Source: Dipteris shenzhenensis
Taxonomy: Eukaryota
DNA length: 64,000 nt
Assembly (NCBI GenBank): GCA_047967505.1
Contig: CM106538.1
Reading direction: 5' to 3' (one strand)
Part shown: piece after piece, positions 39,052 through 51,714 of the stretch
Layout: every line of letters begins with the position of its first letter
Numbering within the stretch: position 1 is the stretch's first letter
Translations under genes and position numbers: made by a program
Notes under the pieces: generated by a model
The model's database searches: none
The model's input: the letters and a program-made list of their open reading frames with translations, nothing else
Told to the model about the DNA's origin: nothing

Positions 39052-40389
39052 TTACTGTGCCGAAAGGGTTCTGTGGACGGCGACTGGATTCTTCAACACT
39101 TTCTCGATGTAGATTTTCCTGAAAAATATAGACCCCAAAAAAATTACGAACTCATGAACAAAGGTATTGCACTTGTAGTCGATTCAAAATAGCGCTAGGC
39201 ATCTACGTTACCTAGAATTCATATCATCCGCAGGTCTTTGATGTTGAGTCCAGCAGGGTAATCCAATGAAGAGACGCATAGCCTGCGAGTGGACAGTAGA
39301 TAAAAACAAATTCAATCCAGTCCACAGAACATCGTCTTTCAGTATTTTCTCCAGACATCTAAGTTTTCTCCTCCTTTCAAACGACTATTATATGTGGACC
39401 GCGGGATACCTTTACGTAGTTCTGCGTATCGAGTGTAAATCTATGATACATGCCGGGAGGTAGTACAATGAGATCGCCTTTCTGGATCCGAAAGCGTATC
39501 CACTTTTCGTCGTAGTCTCGGATATCGAAAAAACCTGCGAGATAAGGGCTGTGTTACTATTACAATCAATGACGTATTTCCGTCGATCGGGCAATTTAAG
39601 TTAGACTTTATAGGTGTGTCGTGTACCTCCTCCTTCCAAAACAAATCTGATTTCTTCGTCGGCATGCAAGTGTTCTGTAAAGAAATGTTTGATCTTGGTA
39701 TCGTAATCCTCCATCAATCCGGGAGCTACCGTCGCAATATCCTGCTTAGCAATACAAAATCTGATGTTAGCTGCATTCGGACTCTCTATTTACAACCTCG
39801 TTTCCTATCGATGAAAACAATGGGAAAATTATGGCACCCAGTAGTTGTAGCCACGCTCCTTCTTGATCTTTTCGAGCATTGGGTTATCTTCCCAATTGTC
39901 CGCATCCAAACTCCATGTAAGCACGCCGAGCTCTGCCAAGTGGAATACATTTCAAGGAAGCTTTGGTGTGGTTTGTGGTAACGATTTAGCGCAATGCAAT
40001 TGAGAGCGAAAGAGAGAGAGAGAGAGAGAGAGGCGACGTACCGTCAAGATGCTCCACAGGCACCGGGCGATTTGGGGTGTATTTGTGTGGGAGGCGAGGA
40101 TCTTCGTTCGTGGGATTGAAGTACCATGCTTCTACCCTAGAAAGCCGCGGAACCTGCCAAGAATATCGAGAAATTAGGAACAGACATGACAAAATGATGA
40201 GACAATGGGTGTAGTGAATGAGGGAGGTGGGAGTTTGGGCATGCATGAAGGCAGGAAGGCGAGCTAGGAAATAAATGGTGGGTGACTAAGTGATTCTAAG
40301 GTATAGGGAAGAGACGGGGAAGGGGTAGGATCACGGGGGAGAGAGACAGAGAAAGAGAGAGAGCTCAGAAAAACCTCGTTGATCGTCAT
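39052..40389 (-). CDS. ARD: Acireductone dioxygenase (1,2-dihydroxy-3-keto-5-methylthiopentene dioxygenase, methionine salvage/Yang cycle); 7 exons, 199 aa
   Basis: Exons 40389-40375, 40153-40042, 39932-39838, 39741-39627, 39534-39410, 39282-39212 and 39118-39052 are all GT-AG and phase-compatible. Motifs: [67 protein letters not shown]. The cupin metal ligands H, H, E, H are intact. Exon 1 (MTINE) is the least certain. Confidence 0.96.
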
Positions 40390-40494
40390 TGCGACAGAGA
40401 AGCAAGGTAGAGATGAATGGAACGAGCGACGTAAAAGTGATGAAGCAGAGGAGAAGAAGGAGAAGGAGTAAATTACGTGAGAAGCCTTGTGCAA

Positions 40495-40501
40495 TTTTAT
40501 A
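40495..40501 (-). promoter_or_regulatory. Candidate TATA box (TATAAAA) of ARD
   Basis: About 105 bp upstream of the ATG, followed by a CT-rich leader typical of plant 5' UTRs. Confidence 0.5.
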
Positions 40502-42264
40502 GCAGCGTCGATGGTCGAGAAGATCGAGGATCGATCGTGTCAAAAGTTGTAACGTATGTGTATTGTAAGCCTTGAGCGTGAATCACGCGCTGCACGCAGC
40601 ACCTTTTCATAAACACGAAACATGCGCCGCTTTTCCCGTTAGCTTTTCCAGTCTCCCGTTCCTAGATCGCCGTCTCAATCGTTTCGCCCTCTCGATTTAA
40701 TCGAAGCCTCCAGTTTGGAAACTTTGGATCCAGCCCTGAAATTTGAATGCCTGCCCTAACCTTCATATTGATGGACAAAATCTGATAGCACTATTAAAAG
40801 TAAGGAAATAGGGGTAAATACATAGAGTTATATGCAAAAAATCGAAACCTTGTTCAATTGTTGGCCTTCATTTGCTGAATTTCAGGGCTATTTGGATCCC
40901 CAGTTATATCCAGTCAGCTGCAGATTCCTTGCCCGACCGGTATTTAGATACACAATTGAACTCTTGCATCATCGAACCACTGGATATCGCTGCTCCACTG
41001 CACTCCTCTCATTCTAACGGTTTCATCAACTTCCTGTTGTACTTCATCTCCCTCACCGTGGCTTTCTCTAGTCGGTACTAGGATTTGTTTCCAACTTTCC
41101 ACAAACAGACCGCCTTCACATCGTTTTGATTAAAATCACCCACTTCGATCGATGCATCCCATCGCCTGCCAAAAATCCAAATAATATCCTCATCGATTGC
41201 CGTCGCCAAATATTTTGAAATTTCTTGACTGCAAGCATGCTTCCGATTATCCTTACACCTTTGCGGCTCTGTTTGTAGGGCCAGTACTGCACAGAAATGT
41301 AGGCCCGTTGCACAATCCACATTCCGCTGCGCGCTACCAGCATGTTATCACTAGCTCCAAGTGCTTGCAATGATTCACCACCAAGAGCCGTCTACACGAA
41401 GAATTCCACTCCGTCACGTACTCTACCGTTTGTAGATAAATTATGATTTTCACTTACGAATGTCGTAGCATTTCTGCCATGCCATGGTGATAACAAAGCG
41501 ATTTTTCAATTCCCTATACCACTAATCGTGAGCAGAACTAATCACTCTTTGCCTTAACCTTATATATGGGATTAAATCGTGATTGCCATGTTATCATCAA
41601 CGCATGCTAATTGATGGTGTCAAAGAGAATGCTTCATTACCTCCCCACCTACATGAGTTGTGGTGTCACGATTGGTGGGAGCATTCAAGGTAGCAGCATC
41701 AGGCCATTCTGGTGATTACCAATCTCAAATCTTCACAAGCTTTAGCATGCACCCTAAAGTTTCAACACCTCAACCTGAGAAATTCAATCTAGAAAGTGAA
41801 AGGGGTGCACAGCTTAGATCAACTAGTTGCAAAGAGGGCAACATTAGCTATGTTGGTGTCTCCTGAAACAAAGGAGAAATGACTTGGGCACACAATGTCG
41901 AAGATGTTGTCAATAAGAAGGACCAACGTGGCTCCAGTGGTTGAACGTACAGTAGAAGCAATGCATGATCATCCCGATCCGAGAAGTTTGTGGGCTTCAA
42001 CGTAAGAAAAGGAGAGACAGCCTAAGTGTGGAAGTCATTGCTACAGTGACGACGTTTTGGCACGAAAATACGAGAGTTTCTCCAAATAGAAAGGACATAT
42101 GTAAGAAGTGAACGTGACGCAAGGTGTTTGAGGAGCACATCATACACATGCTAGATACAACGCAGGTCAGGGGTGCCTAAACTAACCCGTAGGTTGTTTG
42201 TGATTGAGCTTTGGAATAGATTACTTGTTTCATTTCTTAAACTAGGCTTGGACTAAATATGATT

Positions 42265-42935
42265 GTCCTAAACCATCTCGGTGGTTGGAACATCATGCAA
42301 CCATACACTGGTTCAGCTCAATCGCTAGTTATGTGATAAACCTGAACCAGCGTGATTGAGTAGACATTAGTTGTTGTCCAACCCGATGTCAATATGGTTG
42401 AGCAGAAATTAACAACAATATATTTCACAATATATTATTATTTTACTAAACTAGCCCAGTGGTTAGAACATCATGCAAGCGTGGCTGCTTTAGCTCAATC
42501 ACCTGTTATGTGATTGTCCTGAATCAACGTGGTTGAACAGACATTAGTTATTGACGAAGCTGATGGTTGAAATTATTGTGTTTCTTAGTACTGAAATTTG
42601 TTAAATTTAATTTCCTGCTATTCGGGTCATATACCACTGTTAAATTGTGGAATTCAGAAATGAAAAGCAATATATTGTTATTTTCTAATGGTGAAATTCA
42701 AAAATGAAAAGCAATATACTTGTTATTGTCTAATATGTGAAGTTCAGACTGTCAGGCTAAACCATCCCGATGGTTGAAACTGTGACAGTGTCCTAAACCA
42801 TCCCAGTGGTTGAAATTATGATTGTTCTAAATGTGTCCTAAACTAGCCTGGTGGTTGACTATCTTAAACATGTCCTAAACCAGCCTTGTGATTGAAATTG
42901 TGACTGTCCTAAACCAGCACAGTGGTTGAAAATTG
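42265..42935. repeat. Degenerate array of a ~35-bp unit TGTCCTAAACCATCCCAGTGGTTGAAATT; probable DNA-transposon subterminal repeats
   Basis: At least 7 copies (~42265, 42446, 42752, 42789, 42834, 42871, 42906), plus a ~130-bp duplication. Confidence 0.7.
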
Positions 42936-43440
42936 TTTTACTTCATTATATACTTTAATTAGATTGTGTTTTGTATTCTTTTAGTAGTAGCAAAAAGGGG
43001 GCTCATTGTTCTATTGTTTCCACATGTTAGGTCAACAGACGGAGTTGTATCTCAAGTTTGTGGATCAAAATACAGACATTTCAATTGGGCAGAGGAGCTT
43101 TGAGCATTGTAAGCCCTAGTACATCAGGAAACTCAAAGATAAGAATGTGTGTTGTTGCAAAACACACATAGACTTTGACCTGGCCCGGCAAGCTATGAAT
43201 GACTTAAGATCTGGTCGTGTTAGAGCATTGCTCCATGGGGATCGATGCCCATGTCTCCCCAATGAATGCATAGTCTGTAGGCCACCTGGATCCTCATCAT
43301 GTGTTGCCAAGGACTACGTTCATGTTTTCACGTTTGCATTAATGGGTTATTAGCGTTCGTTAATTACTCTTCCAAGTAGAGTGAAAACAATGTGATCACG
43401 TAGTTTACCAAAAAAAATCATCGAAAAACTAGATAAAAGC

Positions 43441-43591
43441 ACTGCCGGTACACAAGACACTACTGGCGGTAGTACTCATATTACCGGTGGTAATATTAAT
43501 TATCCCGGTAGTAATATACACCGCCGGGATAAATAGTATTACCATCAGTAATGTGACTACTTCCACCGGTAGTGTCTTGTGTATCGGCGGT
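43441..43591. repeat. ~150-bp imperfect palindrome built from ACCGG(C/T)GGT motifs, upstream of the hAT transposase
   Basis: ACTGCCGGTACACAAGACACTACTGGCGG (43441-43469) pairs with CCACCGGTAGTGTCTTGTGTATCGGCGGT (43563-43591). The inner part is also self-complementary. Confidence 0.8.
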
Positions 43592-44043
43592 GTTGTGGGT
43601 TGCAGATTCCCAGTTTCCCGCACGGCCCGGCTCGTCATTCAATCCAGTTATGGTTCATATCCCGATAAACCCTTTGGTAAGTTGGAAAAGAAAGTGAACC
43701 ACGATTTGGATCTGAATAGTTGTAAGGCTAAGTGGATTAGAGTGAGTCAGCATTCATTATACCTGTGGGTGTGTTTGCTCCTCCGATTCCTTGCATCTTG
43801 GAATAATTGTAGACCACGAACACAAGGGCTAGTGGATGTGAGTGTTTGTTGTGTGTTCTTGAGGGTGGTCTATACTCTGACTCCTTGCATTTTGGAAAAC
43901 TTGCGGAGCACAATCATGAGTGCCAATGAATGCGATTGTTAGTGAGCAGTCTTGACTCTTAAGCTAAGGGCCTTAGGTATGGAGAGAAGGGGGAGATGAG
44001 ATGGCAATGATGAGTAGAAATAGGGCACGTGTTGCAACTATGA

Positions 44044-45968
44044 ATGCACAATCAGATATTTCTGAAATTAGAAATGCTCATCCACAATCTTCAAGGTGTG
44101 GACACTAGCATGCAAGATAGATCACCACCTATGGCTTGTGAAGCTAGATCGGCAACTGCTACTCCTAACTTGAGGCAACCCACAATAGTTGAGAGCATCC
44201 GGGTTCAAGACTTGGAGAATGCACAGTATGTACTTGTTGGTAGATCAATCTTGTAGGTGGTCAGGATATCCACACTGAGTATGGGTGTTGATAACGATGA
44301 TATGAGAGCTGCATGGAATTGCATTGCTAACTATGGGCTAGGCTTCAAGCTGCCTTCTTACCACACATTACGTACATCATTGTTAGATAAGGCATATGCA
44401 GAAGAGAAAGAGCACATAAATCATAGCATTTTCAAGCAAGTGCATAACACCAAATGCACAATTGTCTCAGACAGGTGGACAAGCATAAAACACCGTGCTT
44501 TATTGAATGTGATGGTTATATCGCCACGTGGGGAGGCCTTCCACAATCGATTGATGCCTCACATGTAAAGAAGTCATGGACATATATGGCTGGCATATTA
44601 TCCAAGGTTATAAGAGAGTTAGGCCCTAAAAAGGTTGTTCAAGTTGTCATGGATAATGCCAAGAGTTGTAAAAAGGTGGGAAGAATATTGCAAAGGGAGT
44701 ATACCAACTTATTTGCATCTACGTGTTGTACGCATACTTTAAATCTTGCATTGAAATATTGGTATAAACAAGTGTCATGGTTCAAAGAGATTGTTTGTGA
44801 GGCTCGAGACATCGTCAAGTTAGTACAATCAAAGCAACGTCTCAAAGCAATCTTTATGTCTTGTGAAGGTTCTACCATGTTGCAATTGCTAGCAACCACA
44901 AGATTTGCTACGTACTTCTACACTTTGCAATCCTTGGTGAAAAATAGGAGTTTTCTTATAGAGACATTTCATTGTGATGCATTTGAACAATGGATGTCAG
45001 AATTGACTGATAGGGCAACAAAGGAGAAAATGCATGACCTGAAAGAAACATTGGGATCCCCTGCATTATGGAAACGGCTTGAGGATGCTGCTAATGCTAT
45101 GAAACCTGTTTTATATGCACTTAGGGCATTGGACTCAAAGTCTCCAACAATCAAAAAAGCATGGATGCACTTTTGGAGTATTGCCTGGGCCAAGAGAATG
45201 AGAGAAGACCATTTAATGCTACAAAATTCAAGGAATTGTGGCAATTATTTAGGTCGCGATGGGAGCAAGCTCATAATCCATTGCAGAGTCTTGGGTACCT
45301 TTTAGACCCCGAGTGGTGGAATATGAAGCCCGAAGAGATCCCAATTGTTATGCATGACTTTCATAAGGTGGTGCGACAATATTATCCCCACAACCATGAG
45401 TTTGCAAAGTGTTGTAGCAAGTTAGCCAAGTATCAATGCAAGGAGGGGTTGTTTGCATCGAGCGATGTTCAAGCATTGGTGAAAACTACATCTGCTTGGA
45501 AATGGTGAGACGTGTGAGCTTCTACACTTGATTGCAATGAGGGTTCTTTCTCATACATGCTCAAACTCGAGCTCAGAAAGAAACTGGAGTCATTACAAGT
45601 ACATTCATAGTACTTTACGAAATAGACTTCTAGAGGATCGGGCTGAGAAGTTAGTGTACATCTATGCCAATTATAAAATCCTAGAAACATTAAGAGATGT
45701 GGGATATGAGGAGAAAGTTCCAAAATGGACCTACGATTTCCTGCCAGATGCTATACAACCTAAAGCAGTCCCATTATTGCAGATTCCAAAACCCCAAGAA
45801 GAGGATGAAACTGGTACTAATGGTGCAACATCCGAGGATGATAGCGATGAGGAGGATGAATCTGATGAAGATGAAGGAAATAATATTCGTCTTCCAAATG
45901 GGTCTGAAGATGAGGACATTGATGTGACGAACATGATGAGGATAGTGACTCATGAATTGTGGCAATGA
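44044..45968 (+). pseudogene. hAT-superfamily transposase (DUF659 type with hAT dimerisation domain), frameshifted
   Basis: CTIVSDRWT..LLNVMV, VVQVVMDNA, CCTHTLNL, TRFAT, GYLLDP, SSSERNWSHY..HSTLRNRL..AEKLVY and an acidic tail, spread over several frames. Confidence 0.92.
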
Positions 45969-46320
45969 TGGCAATAGGGTTTTGAATGTCTCATTGTATT
46001 CTAAATGTGTTCTTGTTTTTTTGATTGCAGGTTGCAGTTTAGGGTTGGATAAGAATTGTCTTGTTGTGCATTGTAAATATCTTGTGTTTAGGGTTTGGGC
46101 TTTGTTTCTTCTATGTTGCCATCGCATAGGCTTCTGGGTGGTAATGCCAATTGTTGTGCTCTTGACCAAGTTCAATTGATCAAGAGCATGGCAACTGGCA
46201 TACCACTCTGTCTCATATGCAATAGAATCCTATGCAATGATGCACGGAAGAAGCATGTGCAAAGTTTAATTTCTTGTCTTTGGTAACCTTTTTCTTTAAT
46301 GACTTTAGAAATAAGTTTTA

Positions 46321-46322
<2 letters not shown>

Positions 46323-46392
<70 letters not shown>
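46323..46392. repeat. Compound microsatellite (TG)n(AG)n
   Basis: Read directly. Other SSRs: (CA)n ~28487, (GA)n ~28660 and ~33098, (TA)n ~35811, (AG)n ~40011, (TTG)n ~50995. Confidence 0.95.
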
Positions 46393-46981
46393 CACTTGTG
46401 ATGAAAGTGCATATAATTATATTTCAATGGCAATTAGAAAATGCTTTTAATGTTTACTTTGGTAACATTCTTTTATAACGACTTTAGAATTTAATGTGAT
46501 GGATTTAGGGACTGCATAGTGTTTTAAATTCCAAATTCCAATTAATGCATGGGATAGGTTTTAAGTAATATGATGGATCATGGATGCATGGGTTTAGGTT
46601 TTAAGTATTAGGATGGATGAAAATGAATATGACCATTGGATTATATTTGTTTTCAATTGACCATAGCCTTCCTTAAATTATTTATTATGAAATAATGTAT
46701 TGACACTATTCCAATCGATGACTTTAGCATTGCATCTGATGGAGGCATGTGACTTTAGGATTGCATTTGATGGATTTAGGGATTGCATAGTGCAAAATGA
46801 TTATGAACATTGGATGCATATAAATTAATCCCTAAGCATTTAAATAAATGAATTCCACTAGATCATATAGTACACCATCATAAAACTTCAATGAACTTAA
46901 AACAAAGACATACATTTCCATCATAAAGAGATTGTATACACATATTTTCACCATAAAGAGAATGTATAACTTCATTGAATG

Positions 46982-47750
46982 TCATGGTCCTGGATACAAC
47001 TGTTCTAAGCCCAACACCATGTACAATGCCATTGATAGTTGGGCTTTACAAAGTGGACAAATTGATATAGTTGGCAAGTAACCTACTAGACAATAAAGAT
47101 GAAATTTATGGCTGCAAGGCAGAGAGTAATAGCCAGTACAATTATCAAATAAGCATTGGCATATTGGGCACAAGTAATTGTCTGAGCTATCAGAGGGAAG
47201 GGGTTCCATGGCATATGGTTGTGAGGATGGATGGCGACAAATAGCTAACCATGCCTCCATGCTTGCATCTCTTATTAGTGTTGCACGTGCTTCATGGGCC
47301 TCTTGTCGCAACCACGTGTTGAGGTCCTCCAAGATTTTTGATTGGGCACGTAGAGCAATAATCTCATTCTGCAAGTTTGGCTCGGTTCGCGGTCTTTCAG
47401 TTTCTAGGTGTTGGGCCTACTCGAACTAGGCCACATTCTCTTTGCAAAGTTGTACCATTTGTTGCTCCAGTGGGCCACACGCATCCTCCAATGCCTTGGA
47501 CAATTGTGATTGGGTGATCGTCACTTTTGTGTGACCACACATACACTTGTCCTTGTAAGAGGAGAAGTCCACTTGTATACCCTTAATGAAGTGCACGTAC
47601 AAGAATTTGGTGAAATACATTGCCACTTCATTATGATGTGGGGGCTTTCCATATACCTCAATGTAGATTTTCCTGGCATTTAGCCAAATCTGTTTGTCTT
47701 AGCAATTGGCTATCTTCCACCTCCCATTCTGGTCTAAAGCTTGGGTTGGG
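46982..47750 (-). pseudogene. Accessory frame with coiled coil and C-terminal RING-H2 finger, downstream of gypsy gag-protease
   Basis: CPIC-x14-CSH-x2-H-x2-C-x10-CPLC. ORFs 47426-47626 and 46982-47374 are in the same frame, separated by two TAG stops. Confidence 0.75.
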
Positions 47751-48235
47751 GTGCTTCCATCTCCCTCTGTTCTTACGTGTCTCCTCGCCTGACTGCATGA
47801 GGCTGCCTCTTCATCTGCCTCTAAGGGCTAGATTGCCTAGAGCTCTTGTTTGGAGACCATCTTGTTTACTTATTTCCATTGCATGCTTGTAAAACCAATG
47901 CCCATGGTGTTGATTGCTAGTTAGATACTTATTGCCAATATCTTTACTTGTATGCACAAGTTCACTCTTCATTCTCAAATTGGGTTTGAACATGCGAAGT
48001 TTTTTGCTTTGTGAGACTCGTGATGGATTTGAGTGTCGCTCCCAAGGAGAGGTGCTTTGGCCATACATGCACTTTAAGCCCTTTAGGATCCCATTCAAAA
48101 TTTGGGGACTCGGGTGCTTTTGTGGGTTTAGTCAAATACAATTTTACCACTCTGGTCTGCATTCTTTAAAGTGCTCCATCTTGGTCTTTTGGTGTTGCAC
48201 ACCCTCCTTCTTTTTCCTTGAATAATTGCTATTGG

Positions 48236-51000
48236 CTAGTGCACTCCTAGTGTTGGAGGGTCTACCTTGGGGTTTTCTATGGCCATGAGTGCCTGCAAGA
48301 TAGCCAAGTCATTGTCAAATACTTGACCTTCCAATGCGGCATTATCGGCTTCTGTTTCTCGGTCCCAATCAAAGTCTGCATCGTAACCTTTTATTATGGC
48401 CTCGTCAAGATCACTGTCCCACTCGACACTTGCCATGAAGATTGGCATTTTTACCTCTTCTAATTCTCTGGTGCTTCTAGTTGGATCATTTGGGCATCCA
48501 CATCTCTCAACATTGCATGTGTTGTTTTACAGTTATCTATTGTAGCCAATGCATGTATCCAATTGTTGATGTCAATTTGTGTATCCCCTTCTGTGGGTTT
48601 TAGTACATTTGTAGGTATAAGGGATGCATGACTAGTGGCTATAGTGGAAGAAGGGTCTTCAATATTTTTGGAAATAGTGGGTTTGATTTCCCCTATTCCC
48701 AAATTTATCTTTACAACAGTTTCTTTATTTTGGATTGTGATTCTATCAGTGCCCCAATCATGGAGTACCGAATCTTCCCAAATCCATGGTCTTCCCAACA
48801 ATATCCGGTATGTTGTGGCTCCCTTGGGGAGATCCAAGATAATAAACTGGAGAGTGAACCTGATTCCATCAATTTTTGTTAACACATTGTCAATGATGCC
48901 CAATGGCTACATTTTAGTGTGGTTGGCTAGATGGATGTTGAATGTAGCCTTTTGCATTGGAGGTAGGCCCCATTCTTCATAAAAATCTTCTGTTAGAATG
49001 TTTACACCGGCTCCGCCATCCATTATTGTAGGGTATTGGCGAAAGGCTTTATGCTTCAATCGGCATGGTTACATTTTTTATGTCATCCCTTGCATCGAAT
49101 ATTACTGATATAACCTTTTCCTCTTCTTCAGGTAGGGGGAGGCATTTTGAATATTATATCCATCCCTTGAAACCCTCCCACATTGTAGAGCAACTTCTCA
49201 ATAAGGTTCCAATTGGCATCGCGATGGGGTAGCTTATCAAGTTGGGTAGTGCAGTGCCATCCAATTGGGGATGTATTGCATGTTACTTGAGTACCCTGTG
49301 GAAGGTGTTGGGATCAATCATTGTGTCAACACTGGGTGATGAGAGTGCTCTATCCTCTATTGCTGCTATCTTGTCTACCTCAAATTTCTCTTTCTTTTAT
49401 TGTACCCATTGCTTTGAGGCTTGATATCGAGCTTTCTCAATTTCAACATTGGTGTATGCTTCCTTTGTTCCTTGGGCAGCACTATCTATAGATGTGCTGG
49501 GCATGGCTCACTTAGTTGTGGGATTGGCATGGCTTGTTTTGCTAGAGCGTTTTTTTCTTTTTGAGTGGAAAGGAGTTTTTGCCATGCCACTTCTTTCTAT
49601 TGTCTTGTTATGATCAAGATTGAGATGCGATACGACACTTTGTGTTGCCACATTGTGATTTTCCACACTGATCATCCCTAGGGGTACATTATGTTTTACT
49701 TTCTTTGTTGGTTGAGGCTTTGCTCTTAGTGGGCATTCCATGCATTCATGCCCAACTCTACATTCTCTGCACATAGGTTGAAATGTAATGGGGTTACCCT
49801 TGTGTGGGCATTCTGCTATGCGGTGGTTTTCCCCACAACCGAAACACTTGATGGGTGTTCGATATGTGGTGGGCCTTACTTGATTAGTGTACACCAGAAT
49901 GAGACCTTTGGCACCATCCATGTAGTACATAGGGTATGATGTTTCATACTCATAGTGAGGTTCTAGCTCTTCAAGTTGGAGTTGTTGCACTAGAACTACT
50001 GGAGCAAGATTGGGAGCTTGAGAATATTGTAGAGGATTGGGATTCCTTAATAGTTGAGGCACTTGTGTCCTCACTGGGGGGGGAGCCTATATATTGGGAT
50101 TGGCAGCTATTGGTATTGTTGGGGCCAGGGTTATGCTATCCTCATATTGTAGAAACATGTATTTACATAATGCCCTACAACATTGCAAATGGGACACCAT
50201 ATTCTTGGGGGTTGAGCCACTTCTGGTGGGTTGCATCTATTCCTCAGGATTGGTCATTCATTGGCTGAATGGTTGGCAATACAGTGTGGGCACCAAACAT
50301 TCTCTCTCCATGGGTACTGTGGTGGCTGAGAGACAACTTTTGCTCGATGGCTTGTATCATTTCATCTTTTGCTCTTAGGGCCATGGCTTCCACTCTGTCC
50401 TCGGTGGTGCAATATTGTTGGAAGTGCTTCCCTTCTTCGAAGATTTCTTATCTCAATGACTTGATTTGTAGTCATCACTATCACTATCAGAATCAGTCAT
50501 GCCATCCTCAATGTCAATTGCAGCTTCATGAGCACCATTGAAATGCGAATAACTGCTAACTTTTTTCATGTCCTTGTGAATGGATTTTTTTAGTCCAAAG
50601 ATGAACCATGCTATAAGGTACTTGTTGTTTGGACGGGGAACATACTTTGCTATTAATCTTTTCATTCTTCCTACATATGTTCTGACCTTTTCTTTCTTGA
50701 GCATTTCCACATTTCCCTGTTAAAGTGCAGGGTCATCTTGGAGCCTTTCTGTTTGGAACCTTCTTCTAAACTGCTCGGATAGCAATGCCCATGTGGCTCT
50801 TTCTTCTATGAGAAGGTTGAGGTACCATCTTGATGCCTCATTAATTAGGTCCGTTGGAAACCAGGCGGCTTTGGTTTCATTTGATTGGTTACCTCTAGCA
50901 CAACATGCTGTGTTAAAGAGTTGAAGGAATTTGACGGGATGCCCTTGTCCATTGTATTTTGGAATTTTCAATTTGCCATAGTGTCTTCTGCCATTGTTGT
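48236..51000 (-). mobile_element. Degenerate Ty3/gypsy-type gag-protease region
   Basis: Gag KIPKYNGQGHP..F..EASRWY..TWALLSEQFRRRF, zinc knuckles CFGCGENHRIAECP and CRECRVGHECMECP, protease IMDGGAGVNIL..YRILLGRPW. No RT or integrase follows. Confidence 0.85.
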
Positions 51001-51532
51001 TGTTGTTGTTGTTGTTGCAATTGCGTCATTGATCGAAGTAATCGTCAGGATGTAGATCTTCATTTTTTATTTCTTTTTCAATCCTTAGGTTGTCCATGCT
51101 ACTTGTCGATGGTGAGAGGTTGAATTCTTGGAGAGCGTCGAGGGCAGAAAGTTCGTGAAAGTATGCAGGTGCTAGTCTTCATCTAGATACAAGGCGCATA
51201 CACAATGCTTAATTGTATCTTTCAAGTGAGTGCATTTGACTTTGAAATCCACAATTCGACCTTCGTAGCCCGAAAATGGCAAAAAGTATATAATTGATGG
51301 GTCAAAATTAGTGCCTACGTAGTGGTGACTATCGAGACTCAAAATAATAGTTAAAAGATTTGAAATTTTTTGCTTGATATAAGTCTTTGCATGTGTGAAG
51401 TTTGACCGAGTGCAATTTGGAAATTGGCCTTCAAACGGCCAAGATACGAACCCCCTAAATAGGGGCAAAAATAGGCAATTTTTTGTTCAATGAAGCTCTC
51501 CCCTTCTTTCTTTTTTTTTATTTTTTGGTGCA

Positions 51533-51714
51533 TGTGTGTGTGTGGTGAGGATTGGCTAACCTATCCTAATCTAATGTCCCTAAACTAACTATGAGTTGGT
51601 TCTCTCCCTATTTTGTTTTGTTTTGTTTTTTTTGTGTGCGTGTGTGTGTGGTGAGGATTGGCTAACCTAACCTAATCTAACATCCCTAAACTAACTATGA
51701 GTCGGTTCTCTCTC
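51533..51714. repeat. Direct repeat, 2 x ~74 bp, in the putative gypsy leader
   Basis: TGTGTGTGTGGTGAGGATTGGCTAACCTA.CCTAATCTAA..TCCCTAAACTAACTATGAGT.GGTTCTCTC occurs twice. Confidence 0.85.

Noticed and set aside
40832-41370. Short ORFs upstream of ARD as a divergent gene or extra exons
   Set aside because: No recognisable motifs or consistent splice model, and ARD is already complete at 199 aa.
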